Below, in pieces: positions 24,130 to 34,800 of a DNA stretch of 64,000 bases (within the stretch, counting starts at the first letter, position 1; the number at the start of each line of letters is the position of its first letter). The notes under the pieces are model-generated. The model worked only from the letters and a program-made list of their open reading frames with translations, was not told the origin of the DNA and did no database searches. The stretch covers positions 4,650,001-4,714,000 of the forward strand of contig CM120642.1 of NCBI GenBank assembly GCA_051362555.1, in the 5' to 3' direction. The translations under genes and the position numbers were made by a program. This DNA comes from Lingula anatina. Lineage: Eukaryota; Animalia; Brachiopoda.

Positions 24130-25691
24130 CATTTTCCTTTCACCACCAATATGTACTTTCTGATACAGCGTAACTCGAAAACCGTATGGAATACAAAAAA
24201 ACCGAGACCACTTCCAGTGTTGGGCTTTACATGCTCTACAAAATGCAAAAAAGAATGGGTCTCTAGCATTAACGGTTCCCGAATTAGAGACAGTTTTCAG
24301 TTTCGGTATCTTATGGCCGCTACTCCTGTGAAAATGCACCGATTGACCCCAAATTCACGGAGATGAAAGATGACCTGAAGGGTAACACTTTCCAATAATA
24401 TTATTGGTTAAGTCTGTGTGGCGTCTGAATAACAGGGCAAAAAAATTTTTTTTCGTAAAAAATTTCATTTTTTTTGAAAATTTTGACCCATTTGACCTTG
24501 AAGTAAAGGTCAAAGGTCAAATCCGAGGGTATATTTGAAATCTACACATATGACTTTTGGAAAGCCGTCTATAGAAATTTTTCCCGTAACTCCTTCTGTA
24601 GGGTAGATAATTAGCATTTAATTTTGCCATTTTTAGACAAGGGTGCATTGCAATGAGTGCCACACCCAGACCCCAATACCGACAAAGCCCAAATTTTACG
24701 TGGAACGAGTTGAGATTATAGGTGACCTAAATCCATGAGATGGGTACGGGGGCCCTTACCGTCTAGGAGGAGAAGCGGTAACGGTAACATGGCGGCGGAG
24801 CCAGCGGAACGGAACGGATGGGACCGAAACCATGTGTACCGCCAGCGCTAACGCTGGTGGTAAATTTTTTTGTTCAAATTTCAAAATAGTATCTCGAAAT
24901 TTCGAGATAATTTTTTTTTCTACATATGGCACCAGTGGGCTTCCGTACATTTTCCTTTCACCACCAATATGTACTTTTTGATACAGCGTAACTCGAAAAC
25001 CGTATGGAATACAAAAAAACCAAGACCACCTCCAGTGTTGGGCTTTACATGCTCTACAAAACGCAAAAAAGAATGGGTCTCTAGCATTAACGGTTCCCGA
25101 ATTAGAGACAGTTTTCAGTTTCGGTATCTTATGGCCGCTACTCCTGTGAAAATGCACCGATTGACCCCAAATTCACGGAGATGAAAGATGACCTGAAGGG
25201 TAACACTTTCCAATAATATTATTGGTTAAGTCTGTGTGGTGTCTGAATAACAGGGCAAAAAATTTTTTTTTCGTAAAAAATTTCATTTTTTTGAAAATTT
25301 TGGCCCATTTGACCTTGAAGTAAAGGTCAAAGGTCAAATCCGAGGGTATATTTGAAATCTACACATATGACTTTTGGAAAGCCGTCTGTAGAAAATTTTC
25401 CCGTAACTCCTTCCGTAGGGTAGATAATTAGCATTTAATTTTGCCATTTTTGGACAAGGGTGCATTGCAATGAGTGCCACACCCAGACCCCAATACCGAC
25501 AAAGCCCAAATTTTACGTGGAACGAGTTGAGATTATAGGTGACCTAAATCCATGAGATGGGTATGGGGGGCCTTACCGTCTAGGAGGAGAAGCGGTAACG
25601 GTAGCCGTCCGGCGGAGCCGGCGGAGCCGGCGGAACGATCCGGACGAGACCGAAACCATGTGTACCGCCAGCGCTAACGCTGGTGGTACAA
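24043..25691. repeat. ~818-bp tandem duplication (right part of the MITE plus the HINE 5' terminus)
   Basis: 24043-24860 is nearly identical to 24861-25691; duplicated spurious ORFs 24052/24870 and 24339/25157 are offset by 818. Confidence 0.9.
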
Positions 25692-25819
25692 TAAATAAAA
25701 CACTTTGCAACACACACAAACAGCTTGTGAATATGGACATATTGTGGAAGCATGTTATATTGATATAGGGCTAAGAATCATACCACTAAGCTGCTGATGC
25801 CATCGCTGTCATCTCACAG

Positions 25820-28800
25820 TTACTGATACTGCTGCTGCTGTTGTTGTGGTTGCTGCTGCTGTTGTTGATATGGTTGCTGGCCCTGCGGCTGCCCTCCCTG
25901 CTGCTGCTGCCTGGCGTAGGCCAAGATGGCATCGGCCTGTTGGTGCAGCCCTTGCTGGCGATAGTACTCGGCCCACTGTGCGCTGTAGTCAGGCTGTCCT
26001 GTGGAGGGGTTCATACCTGAGGTGGAAAGGAAGCCTTTTATCTAAAGTGGCTGTAATAATAAACCTTGGATGAAACTGGGACAGATTCTAATGCCCAAGA
26101 AATTTGGGGATTCTCTGGAAAAGTTGCATCAGCCAAGTTAAAAGGTAGGATATCATATCAAGTGCTTGGAAACCCCTGGAATCATTACATCTCAGAGTTT
26201 GACCTTACCATCTTAGCTGGATAGTATTTCTTGACTAAGTGGGTGCAATTGCAGGGGGAGTTCCCATCAAAACTCATGTACCCAGATCTCTAGCTAGTGA
26301 ATTAATTTGGTCATTTGGTTCAACCAACTAAAATTTGGCTGCAATTTCAGACTGGGATGTAGACCACTGGCAACATTTGCCAATATGTCTACACTGGTTA
26401 CAGATCCTGCTCTGGGAGAGTAGGTTTCTACACCAAGGTGCCCCCAAGGCTCTGTAGGGCTCGAAAGGTTTTAGAACAGGGTAAAATTCACAATACAAGA
26501 CCCTTACTTGGAGTGGCTCCAGCGGGCTGCTGCTGTTGCTGAGGCTGCTGCTGTTGTTGGGGCTGCTGAGATGGCTGACCTTGACCTTGACCTCCCTGAT
26601 TATAATACTGTGCATAATAAGCTGCCCACGCCGCTGCATTGGCATCAGCCGCCTGCTTGTCTGAAAAAAAGATGGGCACTGAGCTATACTTTCCAAAACA
26701 ACAATCAAGTTCTTTATGTCATCTTTTAAACCAGTAAGGTATGCCAACAGCACCTTTGACAAATAGTATAGTCAGGAAATTGGTGTTAGCCCCATGCTTA
26801 AGGTCAGTAATATTTATTAATTTTATCATAAACGTTTTGAGCCATGACTTATAGTACAATTACAAATTATTTGCCATGTTGCACCCAGCGATCCTTCACT
26901 TGTAAAAACTGGCTGTTACTTACTTGGATCATTAGGATTAGAATACTGCTGATATGCATTACCCCAGCCCTGGGGGGCATAGGCTTGAGGAGGAGGCTGC
27001 TGCCTGTAATAAATAAATAATTTTTTTTTCATTCAGATACCTGTTCTGTGCTTTTTCCAAATACCAAAACAATTTGTTGTTACTGCAACATGAAACAAAG
27101 CATACAAATTCCCTTCTTAAACAAACTACAACTCTAACCATATTTTCTTTTACTATACATTGAAATTCTATCATATATCACATAGCGCTACTTACCCTGG
27201 TCCCCCTGGTGGACCCCCAGGGCCACCTGGTCCCCCTGGGCCTGGTGGACCCCCCTGGGGTGGTGGCTGAATAAAACAATGAATAAAAATATTAAATACC
27301 TAGATTCAGTTCTATCAAACATTATCATGGGTTTTGTCGCATTTTTTTAGCCACAAGATTGTACAGTAATGGTACTTTTTTCAGAAAGCAGTGTTATGAC
27401 ATCAAAATCTTTTAAAAGTCTTTGTTCTTTTTCTCTCTATCTTTAAATTCAACTATTCACTCACCAGTCCAGCCTTCTCACATATGAGACCTATAGCATG
27501 CTGGATCTGGGACGGGTTGCCTCTGACAATGAAGAGTTTCTCGCCGGGGCGTGGCTGGCGGTTCCTGTCCAGCTCCACGTGAGCACCAGACTGGGTTTTG
27601 ATTTCATTGATTGTGCTGCCACCTGGATATGATGAATAGCAACTGAGACATGGCCAGATATAGTACAATTTATTATGAACATTCTATTTGATGACTGGTG
27701 CTGGAGTCCTATTTTAAAGTACACACAGCAGCATTTGGATACATTCATATATGCTTAATATTCTACAAGGGAACTAAACGGGTATAGAGCAGGGAAAAAT
27801 AAGGTTGCAATATAAAACTTAGGATGTCTGATAAAAGCTTGGTGGATTAAAGAGCATTCAATCTCAATCAGGTCAAATGGTAGACTTTTGGAAATAGAAA
27901 AATCAAAGACAAATCATTTTCTCACATCCTCACCTTTGCCAATAACTAATCCACATTTCTCCTGTGGTACAGAGTAAGTAGTTTCATCCTGGAATCCACC
28001 ATCTCCGCCCTCACCCCCAAAACCACCCCCTGGGGGGCCACCTCCTCTGCCACCCCCTCCAAATCCACCACGTCCTCGTCCACGGCCCCTGCCTCCAAAA
28101 CCACCTCTGCCTGGGGGACCTCCTTGGGTCTAGAAGAACAAATGTTTTGAATATTATAGGTGAAATTCTGGAATTTCAAATACATAATGGTCTCTCTCTC
28201 TCTCACACTGGACCTCAACCAAATGCCGCTGAAGCTCAAACCTTGCAAGGGAGCACATAAGGAAGTATAAAGTGAAGAGCCTGGTCCACATGAGGCTCTA
28301 AAACCGAGGCTAGTGTGCAGAAGTCTACTATCAAACCCCAGTCAAGAGGTCCACCTCAGCAGACCTTACTGGTGTTAGCGAATCCTCCACGGTTTTATTT
28401 AGCACAAGTTGACACCCAGGGAGCACTGTGTTGGCTGACTGGGCTCTAATTATGTGCAGTGAGAAGTCATTGGTAATGTATTCTTAGCATTATCCAAAAT
28501 GCATGGGTCAGTTGATAAGGACAAGCAGATGTTCAATGTGATACTTGTGAAACATACATGACCGACCTACATGAACAGGATTCTTTAAAATCTATTACAA
28601 TTCCTGGTAAATTCAGTTCAAGATGAATTCAGTTGTCTACTTTACTAAGTATTGGTTTAAATCCTGCATTTCTTGTTATAATACAGCTCCAATACTTCAG
28701 TTACTTGTAGGACTAGGGACTTCTCTTGTGACTTAACAGACTAAACTTTGGGACTCAAAATTAAGACCAATTTTCAGGCTGAATTTCCATTGAAAAACAG

Positions 28801-31800
28801 AGGAGAAAATGGAACCTACCATGACTCCCTCTATCAATTCCTGTATCATTTCAATGGCTTCCTGCACTTTGTCTGGTGGTCCAGTAATGGCACACAGCCT
28901 GTCTGGGGCACCATCATCTGAAACATCCACACATAGATCACATTAATTAAGAACATACTTCAGATGGGAAAATGGTGCTATTCCTTGCTGTTAAAAAATG
29001 GATATGAAATGATTCCACAATTATCAGGTAAAATCAAATAGGATTTTATTTAGGTGAAAAAATATCACAACCATTGAGAGTAGGTGCCAAAAAAAAGTTT
29101 ACCATAAATTAAGACCCCAGTGAATTGCATGCTTTAAATTTGTCAACTCAATTGACCTTTTTATGGAAATGATTTTACTCAGCCCCATTTAAATACCTGG
29201 TTTGAACTGCACCCTAGCACCTGTCTCCTGCTGAATCTTCTTGATCATGTCTCCCTGTTTACCTATCACCACACCTACAGCCTGGCGGGGCACGTTAATC
29301 TGAAAGTGGAAAGATGTACCACTGATCAGATACTAATACTTCCTGTACCCCACTAGTCTGGGATGTTAACCAATTTATTCTTGTGTAAAGCCAGTAAATT
29401 TCAAGTCAGGCCAGTAAAATTTTGTAGAGTTGTTCAGTTAAGAAGATGTTTCTGTTTTGACTTGGTCAACTTCCAGACTATTTTGAGTTTAAGGGCCTGT
29501 AAACTCTCATGATTTGGGCACAGACTGCTCCAACAATAATGTCATCATTTTAATCAAACAAAGGTCTTTGAAGCACTGCATTGCAAAAAATTCCTATGGA
29601 AACTGGGAAGTTGTTGCCAGAATTCAAAACATTGCATACAACTCCAGATGATAAACACCATATCTTCCACCCATTAGGATATAAAGATCTGAGATTTTAA
29701 GTTTACTGCTTACTTTAGCACAACAGTATTACCATTCTTACCTCTGAACCACCGCCTCCTCCCATACCTCCATACTCATTGCCAAACCTTCCTCCATGCT
29801 TCTGCATACTCTACAATAAGAAATGATTGAAAATGTCTAATCAATATAGCACATTTTATGCATATTTTGTATCCCTTTCTTAAAGTCCACTATTGTTGTA
29901 CAGCCTGTACAATAACATTGATTTCTTTAAAAGCAACTATTCACTATAATTACAAACAAATACTACAAGGTTTAATGAAATACACATTTATTATGCTTCC
30001 TTGAACAAATGACATTAAAATTTCATATCTACCTCTATCTCTTTTTCTGTGATGAGGTCCATCACCATGTCTTTAGCTCTCTGAAATTCATAAAAGAAAG
30101 CATAAATTATAAGAATCAGTTACTGTATTTGTATAACTTGACAAATATATACTCCTAGATGCATTTGTGACTTTTTTCTTAGTTTATGTTCCACCCATTT
30201 TATCCACTCAGCTGTTGCAGAACATGTCAAGAAGTTTCAGCCAAAAAGCTAAAACCAGAAAAGAAAGTTCTGCAAGTTCATGTAGCACAATATCTACACC
30301 CAGACACCCAGGGAAGCAAGTGGTGGGCTCTAGGTTGTGCTGAACCACACTGTTATCTCCACACCACAGAGTCACATTATTAATATGTCTTTATTTTCAG
30401 TTTTTTAATTTAATCATTCTTAACTCAAATGTTAAGAGAGAGAAAAATCAGCAAACTTACCAACACCAAGCACACTTAACACACTTATTTAGATAATAAA
30501 ATTCAATTTTAAAGAACAATACCTTTATATTTAATTATTAAATAGTCCCACATACAGAGCAGTTTGTTTTAGCTTTCAGAGTGTACCAAATCAGTGTGTG
30601 TTACCTGTACTTTCATGGGATCTCCTGTGATACGCAGAGGTTTGTCCATGTGGGTGGGCTGGTTACTGTCCTGAATCATTACCATCTTCACACCTCCACG
30701 CTCCTGAGGATTATAATACAATATATTGTATTGTACTGTCATACTTATTTACATATATTTACAATACTTACACAATCCTTGATATGGGGAGGTGCTTGCA
30801 ATCGTGTAATACAAATGTTGGAAATACTTCAACCCATTTGAGTTTGAATATAAATTTTTTTCAATCAAAACAAAAACATTTTGGCTGAGCATTTACTATT
30901 ATCCTGCAGTCCAGATTGAACTTGCAAATATATGAGAATAAAAATAAATAACTTAAACAACTGAAAATAAATAAAGTCAGTAGAAAGCCATACCTGCAGC
31001 TGTTTAATAGTCTCTCCTCCTTTCCCAATGACTAGTCCCACTTTATTGCCTGGCACCATGATCTCCAGTACAGTCTGACCATCTTGTACAGCATTGGGAT
31101 CCATGGGAGCAGCTGCACTCTGGCCTTTCTGGATGATGGAATTCATCATCTGCTTGGCTTTCCTGAAACCAAAAGGACCCATTCTCATTCCAAATGTTTG
31201 TAGGCTTTAACATTGGTCTTATGGCAGTAAAACTGTAGCCATGATACTGAAAATTGGTGTAAATTTGTTAAGCTACTGGCGGCTGGTTAGTTGGCCAATT
31301 TTCATTACTGGCTGCAACGTTTTTAATTTTGTCCAAACAAGCAGAGTAGAAAAAATATGACAACTCCAACCTCTTATGAAATGTCCATTTTTTAACATAA
31401 AAAACAAAATCAAGCAAAGTTTCTGAACTTCCCGTTCAAAGAAAAAGCAGAAATTTTACTAATTTAAGGAGCCAAAAGTGATACTCTCTGATACTCTAAA
31501 GCACTGATGACTGATCACTTTCCAAGTGACATTAACTTACTCTATAGCATCTCTGGTTCCAGTGAGAGTACACACACGCTCTGGCATACCACCGCTGTCA
31601 GGGGCAATCTGCACCTTACAGCTGGACTCTGCCTGAAGACGACTGATCTGTTCACCTCCTTTACCAATTACTAGAGACGAGAGAATAATAGGTTGTTAGG
31701 CAAACGGTATAGACGGACTGAAAAATATACTGAAGCTTTATAGCTTACATAAACACAAAGAGGGGAGATCATTTAGATCCATAAAACCATAAATTGTGAA

Positions 31801-34800
31801 TTTGGATGGCCTCTCTAATCAAGAATACCAGGGCTCCGTATCTCGAAAGGTTTGCTAAGTTGCGCACGTGCGCAACATAGCGAAACCTTTCGAGATACGG
31901 AGCCCAGGCTTAAGACCCAAGTTGCAACTTTTTATCTGCTACAAACTACCCTACAAATTTAAAACCACTTACTCAGTCCAACCATTTTGTCTGGCACATG
32001 GAACTCCTCTGTCTGTACCATGCCCAGTCCCGCGTGAGGCCCAACCCCAGTCATGCCCATACCAGAGGGGGTTGGCTGGGGTTGTTGTGGGGGTGGCTGC
32101 TGCTGTCCCGGGGCAATCCCAAGTTGCTGGTTAATTCTTGCTGCAGCCTCTTGTGCAGCCTGGGCTGCTTGCTGAGCTCTAAATACGATACATAAGAAAG
32201 AATACTGATGAATATGTGCTTCATAAAGGCCTGCCTGGAAGAAAGGGCGTATTAGTACATGAAGCTGAAAGGTAAAATGGTGCTTTGATTATGGCGCTTG
32301 AAATAAAAAGAAAATGTTTTTAATGGTGAGATACTGAAAAAGATGAGATTAACCAAAGTTCCATCTTCAGAATTCACATGGTCAATGGTCATGCTATGGG
32401 CCAACCTTTAAAGATAAACCTGCCAATACAAACCAAACTACTTGCTTCTACACTACCTTTGCATCATTTATACTAAAGTATAACAATAACAATGTTAGCG
32501 ATATGATTGGAAAACATCAGCTGGTCAAGGAGTGCACGGTTCCTAGCCTCATCTTAGATTTGCCAGGCAATGCAGAGTTGTGAGGACGAGACAGCGAATC
32601 ACCACAGGCATTAACAGACCTTGTGGAAAGGGGGAGGGGCCTCTCAGACCATCTGCAATACACAAACAGATATATGTGAATGGCCAAATCTTCAACAACT
32701 CTAATTCCAGCATAAAAGTTTACTAAATAGTATTTTCCCCATCCTGATGATAAGATTTGATAAAACATCACCACTCTCATTACTGCACATATGATATAAT
32801 TTCTAAAGAAAGATGCCTATTACTTTTATTAACAATCTAATCCATTTCTTGCCAATATATATTTGAGGCTTACTTTACAAAACAGGAGTAAGTGCTCTAC
32901 AACTAACTAGGCAGAAAACTGAAGTGATGTTTTGGCCAGATCACATACATACATAACAGAAAACAATCTACAAATGCCAGTCAGCTGGTACAACTTATCC
33001 AACTGCTGTTCAAGTTACAAACTTCCAAAATAAACAACACTAATCCAATCTCCCTATAAAATCAAACTCCCACAACAAACCTTGCATCGGGCAGGACTTG
33101 CATTGTCGGCTGCGCCCCGAGGTTCTGGTTCAGCTTGGAGGCTATCTGCTGGGCCGCTTGCTGCGCCTGAGACATCCTGAAAACCAAAGACCAGGCACGC
33201 TCACAGCTTGCATACATACAGCCATTCACTCTTGACATTTTTTTTCTTTCTTTTCTTTTCCTCTTCTACAAGTCAGTTTTATCTGTAGCCAATTCACACA
33301 GGAATTTAAGGCAGAAACAATTGCCAGGTCAACAGTTTTCTGAGTTGGAATATTTTCTCCTTGAACTCATTAATATATATGAAGTTGAAGTTGAATAAGG
33401 TAACTGTAGCTAATGCTGGCATTTTTTTTTTTTGATAAATGGTGAAAATCTTTGGATTCTCTGCCCATTTTTCTTTGATGGATAATTTTTCTTTGAATAG
33501 ATATATAAAAATCATGTCTCTGGTACAACGATTCATTTTTTAAAAATCTTACGTGAAAGTTCAATAAATCTATGTGGCTTTTGACAGAACTGCTTTAGTA
33601 AAAGAAAAAAATCCTCCTCCAACAAGTAGTTAATAAAGCTCTACAACACACTATAACCTTATTCACTTTATATCCAATGCATGAAAAGGTGGCAAACATG
33701 AATCAGACAATAAGGATAATCTGATGTTAGCTTAAAATACTCTTTAAAACTTCATAAAGCAAATGTCAAAGAATAAGACATGAATCAGACAATAAGGATA
33801 ATCTAATGTTAGCTTAAAATACACTTCTAAACTTCATAAAGCAAATTTGAAAGAAGCGGAAAATGCCCCTTACCGCTGCTGTTCTGCTATGGCTCGTAAC
33901 TGGGCTCCTATTGCTGAAAATAAACGGAACATTTTTATTCACAAATCCATTAAATATCCCAAAAATTTGGAATGTTTGTGTCAGAATTTTCAATTTGCTT
34001 AAATTGTCTTCAAAACTTTAGGCATAAGATAAAATGCAAATGAAAAAGTTACACTAATCAATTGTCTGATAAAATGTATTTATTGTGGAAATTGCTGAGT
34101 AGGAAATATAAATTTCCTACTCAGCAACAAAAAGCAACCTTTAAGCAAATGTACAAATTATTTAGTAGCATCTGTGTGTTCCAAACACTTAAATTACAAT
34201 TGGTCAGAGATATAATAATTTTAACTCACGATCATTTTCTGCAGCAGCAGAGTTATTAGATCCCAGGCTGGAGCTGAAGGGGTCGTAAGCTGGTTTTTTA
34301 GCCTCTGGTTGCGCTATAATAAAAGTGATAAAACACACAAAGATCAAATACATGTTCCACCTTTTGTTAATTTATCATTGAAGTGTCACTCTTTGTATTT
34401 AACAATTTTTTTCAACTTTAAAAAAATTGGTACATTATGAAATGCGTAAATTATGTGAAATGTGAAACAGTAAGTTATATAAATAATTAATAAAAACACT
34501 AAAATTCATGCAAAAGTTAATTGCAGACAAAAAAATGGCAAATTATTCTTTAACAATGAATATACTATGACAAAAATTGTAACAATTGCTTGAAAAAAAT
34601 ATATCATGCAATGAAAATACACAGGTCACATCCATTTTTTAAAAAAATAATCATCAAATCAATAAATCAATAAATGAAAGAACAAGTTAATAACAAAGTC
34701 GTTACGATTTTTAAAAAAATCACTTCAGGGTGAAAAGAAAAGAGGGTTACCCATGAAAAGAAACAGAGACTAAATTCTATCCTCAATCAGCCAGGTGCAC

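Larger units (their letters stand above)
21811..25691 (-). mobile_element. Non-autonomous Helentron-associated element (HINE/DINE-1-like) with central tandem repeats, nested MITE and duplicated 5' end
   Basis: 13-bp sub-terminal inverted repeats TTGTACCACCAGC (21846-58) / GCTGGTGGTACAA (25679-91); second adjacent IR forming the hairpin tgtaccgccagcg-ctaa-cgctggtggtaca; GTCC/CGGA-like microsatellite next to it; terminal stem-loop GAGGCG-atac-CGCCTC (21824-39) followed by CTAG on the minus strand; sits in an A/T run without TSD. Confidence 0.8.

Noticed and set aside
23761-25184. ORFs of 85-133 aa occurring in duplicate
   Set aside because: They arise from the MITE and the 818-bp duplication; no protein-family features.
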